In this document: one piece after another, positions 38,616-53,830 of the stretch
How positions within the stretch are numbered: position 1 is the stretch's first letter
Layout of the letters: every line of letters starts with the position of its first letter
Assembly: GCF_009914755.1 (NCBI RefSeq)
Contig: NC_060926.1
Length of the DNA: 64,000 bases
Origin: the human T2T-CHM13v2.0 reference genome, Homo sapiens
Reading direction: 5' to 3' (one strand)
The notes under the pieces: model-generated
Database searches by the model: none
What the model was told of the DNA's origin: nothing
Seen by the model: the letters and a program-made list of their open reading frames with translations, nothing else
Position numbers and translations under genes: made by a program

Positions 38616-39925
38616 AACAATAAGCAATGCAGTCACCAGAGTTTGGACCATATTTGATATCTACTTTCTCATTATAATCAAGTTTGAGGAATATTAGTTG
38701 CTTGTTTTAAGAGCTTCTGATGTTTCTCTTCAGCCAGTTAGCTTATTTTTAGAACTCTCATACATGAATTGAGAAACCAATTTTACACCAACCCTTATCT
38801 TTTATTCCTCTGAGTCCAAGTTGTTTTAAAAATAGAGAAGTAAACACTCCAATTTTGTTGTTCAGTTCATATTTCAGTTTTTCTCTTCTCTTTTATTCTG
38901 AATATTGCAAATGGTTAGAAAAACCAAACTTACATTTATATTGCTCTTTTTATCGGCAGATTTCTCAGAGCTTTAAAAGCATTTATTAATATTTATGATA
39001 GCATTTCAACCTACAAAAATTATCCACATTAAAGCTCCTTGAAGACACATATACTACAACGGTTTTACAATATGCAGCAAAAATTTCAAATATAAATTGG
39101 ATGTTTTGATTAAACCCAATAAACTGACTAATGGTGAATTCCTACAGGAAAAACCCATCATTCTAAACTCAACAACAACAACATCTTTTGAAAGCATAGG
39201 TGAATTTAGAAGGCTGCTCTTTCAAAACTCAAGGATTTGAAATACTTGTAAAAGAACAGGATAACATTTGCTCAGCTATTTCTAACTTCTTGAGAAATGT
39301 AATTGAATCTTTAGCCCTACATTTTTTCCTAATCTATGTATATAAAGCTATAAATTTTTCTTTAAGCACAAGATTTTACTATACCCTGCAAATTTTGATA
39401 TGCTATATTTTAGTTATTTTTACTTCAAAAATATTTTTTAATTTCCACTTTAGTTTTTTTCTTTGACCCATGGGTTCTTTAGAAATGTGTTGCTTAGTTT
39501 GCACATATTTGGCTATTTTCTAGTTACCATTTTTATTGATCTCAGCTTTAATTCCTCTGTGGTAAGGGAACATTATTTATATGGTTTCTTAAGAACAGCA
39601 GTATGGTCTATATGCACATATTTCCATTTTTGTGAAGGTCTGAGGTGCATAACCTGCATATTTTCAAATGTGTGTACTGTTTTATATATATATATACATA
39701 TGTAAATTAGATTGATTTTGTTAATCATCTCATTCAAATATTTTACATCCTTTTTGATTTATTATAGGCTTTTTAAGTCAGTTACTATGTTATCAACAAT
39801 TACTAAAGTATTGAATGATAGTGTGGCTATGTCAAATTTTCCTGCTAATTTTGTCCATTTTTACATAATACATTTTGGTATTGTGCTATTAGTGCATATT
39901 GTGAATTATTGCATTGAGAATTATT

Positions 39926-41680
39926 GACCTCTTCAAGGAGAACTACAAACCACTGCTCAAGGAAATAAGAGAGGACACAAACAAATGGAAAAACATTCCA
40001 TGCTCATGGATAGGAAGAATCAATATTGTGAAAATGGCCATACTGCCCAAAGTAATTTATAGGTTCAGTGCTATTCTCATCAAGCTACCAGTGACTTTCT
40101 TCACAGAATTAGAAAAAACTACTTTAAATTTTATATGGAAGGAAAAAAGAGCCCATATAGCCAAGACAATCCTAAGCAAAAAAACAACAACAACAACAAC
40201 AACAACAACAAACAAAGCTGGAGGTGTCATGCTACCTGACTTCAAACTATAATACAAGGCTATAGTAATCAAAACAGCATGGTACTGGCACCAAAACAGA
40301 TATATAGACCAATGGAACAGCACAGAGGCCTCAGAAATAATGCCACATATCTACAACCATCTGATCTTTGATAAACCTGACAAAAACAAGCAATGGGGAA
40401 AGGATTCCTTATTTAATAAATGGTGTTGGGAAAACTGGCTAGCCATATGCAGAAAACTAAAACTGGACCCCTTCCTTATACCTTATACAAAAATTAACTC
40501 AAGATGGATTAAAGACTTAAACATAAGACCTAAAACCATAAAAACCCTAGAAGAAAACCTAGGCAATACAATTCAGGACGTAGGCATGGGCAAAGACTTC
40601 ATGACTAAAACACCAAAAGCAATGGCAACAAAACCAAAATTGACAAATGGGATCTAATTAAACTAAAGAGCTTCTGCATAGCAAAAGAAACTATCATTAG
40701 AGTGAACAGGCAACCTACGGAATGGGAGAAAATTTTTGCAATCTCTCCATCTGACAAAAAGCTAATATCCAGAATCTACAAGGAACTTAAACAAATTTGC
40801 AAGAAAAAAACCCCATGAAAAAGTGGGCGAAGTATATGAACAGACACTTCTCAAAAGAAGACATTTATGCAGCCAACAAACATATGAAAAAAAGCTCATC
40901 ATCACTGGTCGTTAGAGAAATGCAAATCAAAATCACAATGAGATACCATCTCATGCCAGTTAGAATGGGGATCATTAAAAAGTCAGGAAACAACAGATGC
41001 TGGAGAGGATGTGCAGAAATAGGAATGCTTTTACACTGTTGGTGGGAGTGTAAATAAGTTCAACCATTGTGGAAAACAGTGTGACGATTCCTCAAGGATC
41101 TAGAACCAGAAATACCATTTGACCCCGTAATCCCATTACTGGGTATATACCCAAAGGATGGTAAATCATTCTACTGTAAAGACACATACACATATATGTT
41201 TATTGTCACACTGTTCCCAATAGCAAAGACTTGGAACCAACCCAAATGCCCATCAATGATAGACTGGATAAACTGTGGCACATATACACCATGAAATACT
41301 ATGCAGCCATGAAAAAGGATGAGTTCATGTCCTTTGCAGGGACATGGATGAAGCTGGAAACAATCATTCTCAGCAAACTAACACAGGAACAGAAAACCAA
41401 ACACCACATGTTCTCACTCATAGTGGGAGTTGAACAAAGAGAACACATGGACACAGGGAGGAGAACATCACACATTGGGGCCTGTCAGGCAGTGGGGCGC
41501 TAGGGGAGGGATAGTATTAGGAGAAATACCTAATGTAAGTGATGGGTTGATGGGTGCAGCAAACCACCATGGCACGTGTATACCTCTGTAGCAAACCTGC
41601 ACTTTCTGCACATGTATTCCAGAACTTAAATTATATATATATATAAAGAAATAGAAAAAAAATTCAAAACCTAAAAAAAA
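39926..41680 (+). mobile_element. LINE-1 (L1PA7/8-like), 5'-truncated, ~1.75 kb
   Basis: ORF2 fragments [28 protein letters not shown] and [29 protein letters not shown], broken by stops and frameshifts; 3' UTR and A-rich tail. Confidence 0.97.
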
Positions 41681-41906
41681 CAAAGATGTCTTCTGAGAAT
41701 GTTGGGACTTTCATCACCATAAAATGAAATGTTACTGTTTATCGCCTTTTTAAACCTCTTTTTCTTCTTCTTTTTTTTTCCTCTGACCCAGGATCCAAAG
41801 CAGTATAACCTCCTTTTAAAAAAACGATTTTAACATAGCTATATTAGGGTTTCTCATTTTGTGAGAAGGTAATTTTATCTATTTTTTTCCATTTCCATTC
41901 CTTTAC

Positions 41907-42235
<329 letters not shown>

Positions 42236-42999
42236 TGATTTCTTATATTTAAATGTGTCTCCTCTAAGCAGCATATAGTTTTCTCTTATTCATTCTTATA
42301 GTCCTCATCTTTCAATTAGAATATTGTTCTGTTTACATTTAATACATTTGTTGGTATATTTGAGTTTTCTCTTTGTCCCATCTGATATTTAGTCTTTTCT
42401 ATTTATCTTTTCAGTAAATGCAGTATTTTCTTTTTCCATTGACTTGTTAATTACATCTTTTTTCATTGTTTCTTTAGTAGCTGCACTGGAAATAATATAC
42501 ATCCTTAGGCTTTATTAGGGTCACCTGTAATTTAATACTTTTAAAACTTCCTGACAGTGCAAAGACATTAAAACACTTGAACTCCATTTAATTCCTTCCT
42601 CCTTCTTATGCTATCTTTGATATGCATTTCAATTCTATATGTTTTTAAGCCCAATATATTATTTTAATTATAACAGTAATATTAACTTAGATTTTCTTCA
42701 TATATTTACCCCTTTGACTGTTCTTTGTTTCCTACAATTCCATGTGTCCACTGAAATAATTTTTCCTTTATTTGGAGGACATTCCTTAGCCTTTCTTTCA
42801 TTGTAGGTCTTCCAGTAGTGCAAAATAATCTTGATAGAAAATATATTTGTTTATATTGTTTTTATTTTTTTCTTCCATGCATTTTTAAAAGCTTGTTATT
42901 TTGAAATAATTACACATTTACAAGAAGTTGCAAAAGTGATATGGAGGGGTTTCATGTAACCTTTACTCAATTTCCTCCAATGGTTATATTTTGCACAAT

Positions 43000-43656
43000 T
43001 GTGATAGGCGGAATTCTAAGTCTCCACAGGATTCCCATCCCCTGATTATTCAGTCAAACACTAGTTACTGCTGTAAAACAACTATGCAAATGTCATAAAG
43101 GTTATGGACCTTAAAATAGAAAAAAAAATCCTGGATTGTCCAGGTGGACATAATCTAATCACTCCAGCTCTTGAAAGCAGAGAGATTTCTCCAATTTGAG
43201 TCAGAGAGATGTGGTAGAAGAGAAAATCAGAGGACAGATGAAGCAGAGGGAGAGGTCTAAGAGGTTTAAATATGAAAAGGACTTGACTTGCTATTGCTAG
43301 CTAAGATAGAGAAAGGAGGTCGTGAGCCAAGAAATGCAAGCAACCTTCTGAAACTAAGAATGAGCCTGGCCAACAACCAGCAAAGAAACAGAGACGTTAG
43401 TCCTACAACCACATGGAACTGGATTCTACCAAAAACCCACATAAGCTTGGAAGCAGATTCAACCCCAGAACCTCCTGAAAGAAATGCAACCCTGCTGACA
43501 TCTAAATTTTGGCTCTGTGAAACCAGAAGCAAATAGTCAATTGAGCCACTTTATGCCCAGACTTCTGACCTACACAATTCTGAGATAATGCATTTGCGTT
43601 GGTTAAGACCAGTAAATCTATGGAATTTCTTGCCAAAGCAATAGAAAACTAATACA
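43000..43656 (+). mobile_element. MaLR solo LTR (MLT1E-like)
   Basis: tgtgataggcggaattctaag...gacttctgacctacacaa...gcaatagaaaactaataca; TG...CA termini. Confidence 0.88.
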
Positions 43657-44346
43657 TAGTTTAGTACAATATAATACATAGTATAGCACAATATCAAATC
43701 TAGGAAAGTGATGTTGGGACTGTGTGTGTGTGTAGTTATATGCCATTTATCACATGTGTAGAAAGTCACAGAACAACCAATGCAATCAAGATACAGAACT
43801 ATTCAATCATGACAAAGATGTCCCTCATGTTACCCCTTTATAGTTATAATTCATTCCCACACACCATTCCTAATCCCTAGCAAGTACTGATCTCTTTTCC
43901 ACTTTTACAATTTTTAAATTGTGAAAATGTTATATAAGTAGAATCATACAATATGTGACTATTTAAGGATGGCTTCTTAACTCAGCATAATGCCATTGAG
44001 ATCTATTCAATTTGCTGCACATATCAGTAGTTCTTGCCTCCCACACACTCCTCCTACCATGACTTTTTTTTTAACTGTGGTGAAAACACACAATAAAATG
44101 TACCATCTTAACCTTATTTTTGTATTTTTAAATTGATATATCAGTTTTACATATTTTGAGGGTACATGTAATATTTTGATAGATGTATATAAAGTGTAAT
44201 GATCAAATCAGGACAATTGGGATATCCATCACCCCAAACATATATCTTTTTTTATATATTGAGAATGTTACAATTCTTCCAGCTATTTTGAAATATATCA
44301 TAAATTATTGTTAATTATAATTTTTCTACTGTCCTATCAAATACTA

Positions 44347-44731
<385 letters not shown>

Positions 44732-45656
44732 CTAGCCTCCAATAACCACCACTCTATATCTCCATGAGCTTCACTTTTTCAGCTACCACATATGAGTGAG
44801 AACATGTGAAATTTGTATTTCTGTGCCTGGGTTATTTCACTTAACATAATGACTTCTAATTTCATTCATGTTGCTGCAAATGACAGGGTTTCATTCTTTT
44901 TTATGGTTGAATAATATTCCATTGTGTATATATACCCTATTTTCTTAATCCATTCATCTGTTGATGGACACCAGGTTGATTTTATATCTTGGCTATTGTG
45001 AATAGTGCTGCAATAAACATAGGAATGCAGATATCTCTTCAATATACTGATTTCCTTTTTTGCTGGACATATACCCAGCAGTGGTATTGCTCTATCTGGT
45101 AGTTCTATTTTTAGTTTTTTGAGGAAACTTCATATTGTTTTTCATAATGGCTGTACTACTTTACATTCTCATCAACAGTATATAAAATTCCCCTTTCTCA
45201 CCTTCCTTGACAGCATTTGTTATATTTTATCTTTTTGATATTAGCCGTCCTAAGTAGGGTGGTATGACCTCTCATTGTGGTTTGGATTTGTCTTTCCTTG
45301 ATGATTAGTGATGTTGAATTTTTTTTAATATACCTGTTTACCATTTGTGTGTATTCTTTTGAGAAATGTCTATTCAGGCATTCAAAATGTTTATTTTGCA
45401 CATTTTTAGTTGGCTTATTGCTTATTTTTTGCTATTGAGTTGTTTGAATTCCTTATGTATTCTGATTATTTATTCTTTGTCAGATGGATAGCTTCAAGTA
45501 TTTTCTCCCATTCTGTACATTGTCTCTTTACTTTGTTAATTATTTCCTTTTCCGCGCAGAAGCTTTTTTGCTTGTCGTAATCCCGTTTGTCTGTTTTGCT
45601 CTTGTTTCCTGTGCTTTCAAGGTTTTATACAAAAAAATCTTTGCCCTGATCAATGA

Positions 45657-46148
45657 TTTTTAAAATTTATTATTATTATTATTATGCTTTAAGTTCTGGG
45701 ATACATGTGCAGAATGTGCAGTTTTGTTACATAGGTATACATGTGCCATGGTAGTTTGCTGCACCCATCAACCCATCATCTACATTAGGTATTTCTCCTG
45801 ATGCTATCCCTCCCCTAGCCCCTCACCCACTGGCAGGCCACAGTGTGTGATGTTTTCCTCTCTGTATCCATGTGTTCTCTTTGTTCAACTCCCACTTATG
45901 AGTGAGAACATGAGGTGTTTTCTTTTCTGTTCCTGTGTTAGTTTGCTGAGAATGATTGTTTCCAGCTTCATCCATGTCCATGCAAAGGACATGAACGCAT
46001 CCTTTTTTATGGCTGCATAGTATTCCATGGTGTATATGTGCCACATTTTCTTTATGCAGTCTATCATTGATGGACATTTGGGTTGGTTCCAAGTCTTTGC
46101 TATTGTGAATAGTGCTGCAATAAACATACCTATGCATGGGTCTTTTGT
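45657..46148 (-). mobile_element. LINE-1 3' fragment (L1PA7/8-like)
   Basis: Antisense ORF2 end (FIAALFTIAKTWNQPKCPS) and L1PA 3' UTR with a (TTA)n tail. Confidence 0.95.
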
Positions 46149-46551
46149 AGCACTTCTTCAGTGTTTTACTTCTAGTAGTTTCAAAGTTTCCTTTACATTA
46201 AAGACTTACATTTAAATCTAATCCATTTTTCGATTTTGTTTGTGGTGAAAGATGGAGCTCTAGTTATATTTATTAATTTCTGGGTTATAGGATTTATTTC
46301 TGGGTTCTCTGTTGTGTTCCATTGGTCTGTTTCTGTTTTCATGCCAGTACCAAGCTGTTTCTGTTACTTTAGCTTTGAAGTACATTTTGAAGTCAGGTAG
46401 TGGGATGCCTTCAGCCTTGGTTTTTTTGCTCAAAATTGCTTTAGCTATTTGAAGTTTTTTGTGGGTTCCGTATAAATTTAAAATTGTATTTTATCTCTGT
46501 GAAGAATGTCATTGGTATTTTGATAGGGATGGCATTGAATGAGTAGTATAG

Positions 46552-46860
<309 letters not shown>

Positions 46861-47647
46861 TAAGAATATTAATTCTTGCAATCCATGATCATGAAATTTC
46901 TTCCCATTTTTGTATCTTCTTTAATTTATTTCATCAATGATTTTCCTTGTGGAGATCTTTCACTTCTTTGGTAAAATTTATTTTTAGGTATTTTATTTTA
47001 CTTTTGTAGCTACTATAAATGGTATTGCATTCTTGATTTCTTTTTCAGATAGATTGCAGTTAATGTATAGAAATGCTACTGATTTTTATATGTTGATTTT
47101 GTATCCTACAACTTTATTAAATGTTTGCTTCTGTTCTAAGAGGTTTTTTTTGGTGGGGTCTTTAGGCTTTTCTAAATACAAAATCATACAGTCTACAAGC
47201 AAGAATAATTTGACTTCTACCTTTTCAAGTTAGATGCCCCTTCTTTCTTTCTCTTGCCTAATTGCTCTGGCTAGGACTTTCAGAACTATGTTGAATAAGT
47301 GGTAAAAATGGGCATACTTGTCTTGTTTCAGATCTTAGCAGAAAGGTTTTCAATTTTTCCTTATGCAACATGATATTAATTGTGGGCTTGTCATATGTAG
47401 CCTTTATCGTGTTGTGGTATGTTCCTTCTATACCCAATCTGTTGAGAGTTTTTATTGTGAATAGGATGTTGAATTTTATTGAACACTTTTCAGCATCTAT
47501 TGATCATATGGTTTTTGTCCTTGATTCTCTTGATACGATTTATTTTGTTTACTGATTTGTGTATGTTGAATCCTCCTTTCAACTTTTTTAAGTATACATT
47601 TTTAAGTGTACAATTCAGTAGTGTTACAAATGTTAACATTGCTGTGA

Positions 47648-47994
<347 letters not shown>

Positions 47995-48513
47995 GCAAAT
48001 CTAAAATTCTATACCCATTAAACAAAACTCCCCTCTCCCGCTCTCTGCCACCAGCCTCTGGTAACCACCATTCTACTTTGTGTTTCTATAAATTTGACTA
48101 CTATAAATACCCCCAAGTAAGTGGCATTACACAGTATTTGTATTTTTGTGACTGACTTATTTCACTTAGCATAATTCCCTCAAGGTACATCCATGTTGTA
48201 AATTGTGTCATTTTTATTGCTGAGTAGGATTTTATGATATGAATATACTGAAGTTTGTTTAGCCATTCACCTGTCAAAGGGCATTTTGGTTGTTTCTAGG
48301 TTTTTACTATTTACAAATAAAGCTGATACGAACATTTGTGTACAGATTTTTGTGTGGACATATGTTTTAATTTCTCTGGGATAAATGCCCAGTTGTGCAG
48401 TTGCTAGGTTAGATATTAAGTATATGTTTAGTTTTGAAGAAACTGCTAACCTATTTTTTTGAGTAGTTTATCATTTTACCTTCCCACCAGCGATGTATAA
48501 GAGTTCTAGTGTC

Positions 48514-48878
<365 letters not shown>

Positions 48879-49429
48879 TTAAATGTTCTAATAAATGCAT
48901 AATGATAATTCATTTTGGTTTTAATTTGTATTTCCCTAATGGCTAGTGATGAATATCTTTTCATGTGCTTATTTGACATCTGCATACCTTCTTTGAAGAA
49001 ATATCTCATCGTGTCTTTTGTCTATTTTAAAATTTTATTTTTTCTTAATCTTCAAGTTTTGTTAGAGTTCTTTACATGCTCTAGATATAGGTCTCGTGAG
49101 ATATTTTCTCTTAGTCTTTAGTTTGTGTTTTCATACTCTTAACAGTGTCTTTCCTGAGACAAACTTTTAGCTTTGATGAAATCTAATCAACTGATTTTTT
49201 AAAAAATAAATTTTGCTATTGATAACATGTCTAAAAACTCCCTGCTAAAGGTCATACAGATTTTCTCCTACATTATATTCTAAAAGTTTGTAGTTTTATA
49301 ATTTCTATTTAAATCAATAATCCATTTAGAGTTTATTTTGGTATAAGGTTGTCATTTAGGTGAAGAGTCATGTTTTTGCCAATGGATATCCAGTGTTTCT
49401 TCAAATACCTGTTAGTCACACCCTCTTTC

Positions 49430-50665
49430 TCCTCTACTTTTGGTACCCTTATAATACATATATTTGATATTTCTTATGGATCTATAGGTTTCTGGGTATC
49501 TGGTTATTTTGTTTTTTTTAAGGTCTATTTCTCTCTGTCCTTCAGATTGAGCAATTTCTATTGTTTTACATTAAGTTCATTGAATCTTTCCTCTGTCTTC
49601 TCCATTCTGCTATTGAGCCTATCCAGTGAGATTATTATTATTTTTTAATTTGGTCATTGGTTCTTCATGTCTCCTATTTTATTTTTTTCTTGCAAAAGAT
49701 ATACTTTGTCATTTGTTTCAAGCATGCTTGTAAATTACTTAATACAATATTTTTATAACGGCTGCTTTATAATCCTTGTCAGAGATTTTCAGCATCTATG
49801 TCATCTGGTGAATTATTGACTATATTTTCTTATTTAAGCTGCAATTTGTCTGGTTCTTGTTATGACATCAAAGTGATTTTTTTACCGTACCGGCGCATTT
49901 TGGGTATTTCATTATGAGACCATGGATCTTAGTTAAATCTTTTGTTTTAGTTGGCGTCCTCTAAAGGAAGGCGTTACGTCATTACTGACAAATGGTAGTA
50001 GAGTCCAGGGTCCCTCTTCAACCTCTTGTGACACCTCAGTTGGGGAGGGATTTCTCATTATTGTTAGGCAGAGTTGGAAGTTCTGGCTCTCCATTAAGTC
50101 TTCACTGATACCATGCTGGCTGGGAAGGGCAGAAGTGCTTTATTACTGCTTCTTACTAGCTTCCACTGACACTTGTGGGTTGAGGGTATGGGGAGGTTAG
50201 CTTTATCATACCTGGGAGATGGTGAAATTTCTGATTCTCTACTATGCCTCCTCTGATACCAACCCCATTGGCAGGGCACTTCATTATGGATGGGTGAGAG
50301 TGGAATTACAGAATCATCCTTTACCCTACTGTGGTCTCTACTGTTGCCACAACTGGAAAAGGGCTTGTTACCAGGGGTGGAAATAAAAGTTTCTGCTCTC
50401 CCCTTGGCCTCCTTGGGCACCACTCTGGTGGGGATTGAAGGGACACTTAGTTATGGTTGTGTGCAAGTAAAAGTCTAGGCTCACCAATTAGTCTGTGTTT
50501 GTGGGGATGCATTGGAATTCAGGTTTTCCTGTGGTGTTTGGTGTGAATAGAGTGTTTACTGTCTAAAAATTTTCTGTATTGTTAGGCTGCCCCGTTCTGG
50601 TCATTTGGCTAGAAGGAGCAGGCTTTTCTTGAGACTCTGTTGCTTATGCCTGTTGGTGTGCTAGG
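49430..50665 (-). mobile_element. Old L1M ORF1 / 5' region remnant
   Basis: aagttcattgaatctttcctctgtcttctccattctgctattgagcc is antisense ORF1-like, followed by a degenerate tandem region. Confidence 0.65.
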
Positions 50666-50826
50666 TTGCTCTGTAGATCGCTCATTTTATTTATCCCCCA
50701 AAATTTGTTATCACTTTAGATCTTGAATATTTAGAACATAGATTTCAATAAATTGAAAATAAAAAAGCTTTATACTAATGTTATGGAAAGCTAAAGAAAA
50801 CGTTTTCAAAAAGTTGTCAACTATCT

Positions 50827-51106
<280 letters not shown>

Positions 51107-51814
51107 TCAACTATCTTAGCTATCTGAAAGACAAAACTTTACTAGGATCAAATCCTTCTATTTTATGTTAAAAATGAATACAATCTTTTTATTTTAAGTC
51201 CATGAGTCATTAGGATTCTTTAAAGTCTTTGTTTTCTTACCCCTATTATATTATTTAAGTATATAATACTATTTCAGAAACTTTATTGATATACATCAGA
51301 AATAATGAAATAAATAAGGCAACCTAATAATAAAAACCTTCTTGGATTCAGTACTTGAAGCCAAATAAAATTTTTTTTCATTTAATATTTACAACAGACC
51401 TCCAGGATCCTATGAGTGATAATGGAGAACATATGGAAGGTAGAAAGATATGGCATATCACCTCACACCATGTTCATAAGAACCTTTTCAGCAGAATATT
51501 CTCAAATATGAATTACATGCTTTTCAGGTATTTGTTTTTGATTTTCAGGTAGCAAAAGTTCTGCAACAGGTATTTAAGCTAGCACTTACAAATATTAGTC
51601 ATACAGGATTCATTCACACAATAGGCAATTCATGGTTACTTTAGAGATTATTCTTTGAGATAGGAAAAAAGCAGCAATCGATGCCAGATTCAGCCATTTA
51701 GTGCCCTTCCCCATCTCCTAAGTTTCTCCTAGAATTATCCCCATATAGGGTCAGTCATAGTTGGCTGAAAAGCGAATCACCTTATGTTGTTAAATCTTTA
51801 CAGATTAGTGATTA

Positions 51815-51990
51815 GTGATGCAGACTTTGGCATCAGACAAAACTTGTTTAGATTCTGAATTCTAACACTTACTAGATGCTTGACCTTCAATAACTTATTT
51901 AGTCTGTCAAAACCCATTTTTCATCTAAAATGAGGCTTACCATATTTAATTAGATATACAATAATTAAAACATGAAAAGTGTTGCATTTA
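51815..51990 (+). mobile_element. MIR
   Basis: gcagactttgggcatcagac...cacttactagatgcttgacctt. Confidence 0.65.
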
Positions 51991-52299
51991 GCATACTATG
52001 TGATGCCTTTTATTTTTTATTTAAGAAAAAAGGAAAAATGACTGTCTTGCTTAGAATATACCTTTCTTTGGGATCTCCTAAATATCAGGTAAAAGAAAAA
52101 TAGCCCCTACAGATTGGTTTCTGAAAATTTCCATTGACATTGAACCCACTTTCCTGGAGATTCAGATGTTAGTACCATGCCTGGCACTTTGAATCAACAT
52201 AGCCCATAATTCTGCAAAGATAGACCAATTAAGACATATGGCAGGCAAGGGAGACACCTGTTGATGGCAGGTCAAAGCCTGTTCACTTGTTAAATGACA

Positions 52300-52530
52300 A
52301 TGCAGTATAGTGTGGTGGTTAAAAATGTGTAAACTAAGGACAGACTATTTAAATTTGTGTTTAGGTATACCTACTTCTAGCTGTACAACTGCAGATAAGT
52401 TTACCTCACTCTCAATATCCCAGTTTCTACATATGTCAAATGGTGTTAGTAACAGAACCTATCTCTTATGGTTGTTGTACATATTAGAAAAAAATAGTAG
52501 ATATTAAGTTGGTAGAACATTATTACTTAC
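52300..52530 (+). mobile_element. MIR
   Basis: gcagtatagtgtggtggttaaaa...aacctatctcttatggttgttg. Confidence 0.7.
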
Positions 52531-53335
52531 TGTTTAACTCTGACTACACAGAATTTAATGTTACAGCAAAGCCTAGGCTGTTCTAGACCTACCAGATAAT
52601 TTATTTGAGTTTTAACTTTGTAGGGAAAAAGAACGACAGAAAAAAATTTTCTGCAGCCTTTATATTTTGTATTATGTGAAGATAATTTTTGCATGCTCGC
52701 TCCTTTGTTGTATTTTCATTACAGAACAGGAGAAACTTGCCTTTCAATGTCAAAGTTGAGAAAGAAAAATTATATAATTCAACAACATGATTGTCAACTA
52801 TTTTGTTTTTATTTGTTTTTGCTAACAAAAGAAACAGACAATCTCATGGGGAGAGTGTGGCTACAGTATCCACAGAGTTGACTATGAATGCATGTGTTTT
52901 TGTCTACTCCATGTTAGATGGGAGGTGGGGCTGCTTTCAGTGCTTCCCAGTATTCTCAACAGTTTGAACCAAGACATGTCCTAAGAGAAGGCTGAGAAAC
53001 TATGTGTGTAACATCTAATTATTGCTTAATAATATCTTGAGTAGAAAATGAAGAACAGTCTCTGCCTGAAAACTGTCTCTGGAATTTCCATTATCTTTTA
53101 TTCCCTGCCTTACAAAAAAGCTATTTGCCCATCTGGAGCCTGGCAAAGAGAAGGGAGTCTTCTCTTACTTTTGGATAAAAAATGCCACATAAAACAACAT
53201 CCCAGTGGCTGTATACAACCAATATTCTGACTATATTTATATTTTTACCTATACTTATTGGTATAGGCATAGGCTCTAAAGAGAATATCCAAGTTTTAGG
53301 CTTTTTTTTCCTTCTTGCATGCATTGCATTAAATA

Positions 53336-53830
53336 TACACTTTATTGAAGTATGTTTAATTTTCATGTAATTGAATACACCTCTCTTAAATGTTAAATTG
53401 AGTTTTGACAAATGTTTACACTCTTATAACCACCACCATAATCATATATATGACATCTCTATCAGCTTTCCCAAAACTATCTCATGTACTTTTGTAATTA
53501 ATAGCAGCTACCCTCTTTCCCCAACCAGCCACTGATCTGCTTTCTCTCTTAAAGATTGTTTTCTTTCTAAAATTTCATGTAAATGATATTTCTTTTGTAA
53601 TCTTTTGGTCTGGCTTACTTAACTCGGTACACTAATTTTAAAATACATCCATGTCATTGCATGTATCAGTGGTTTGCATACTCCTTCATTTTATTTGTTT
53701 ATTTGCTGCATATATTCCATCGTGTGTATGTCCTATAATTTGTTTATCCATTTACCTATTGATGGACTTGGGGATTGTTTCTAGTATGGGGCTATTATGA
53801 GTAAAGCTGACATGAACATTTATATACAAA
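53336..53830 (-). mobile_element. Old L1 3' end (L1MD/L1ME-like)
   Basis: ctttattgaagtat...gagttttgacaaatg...ccactgatctgcttt...tttatccatttacctattgatggac. Confidence 0.8.

Noticed and set aside
39914-41503. ORFs with clear reverse-transcriptase-family protein similarity (also 766-948, 45885-46127, 60191-61092)
   Set aside because: They are fragments of 5'-truncated L1 ORF2 broken by stops and frameshifts, not genes
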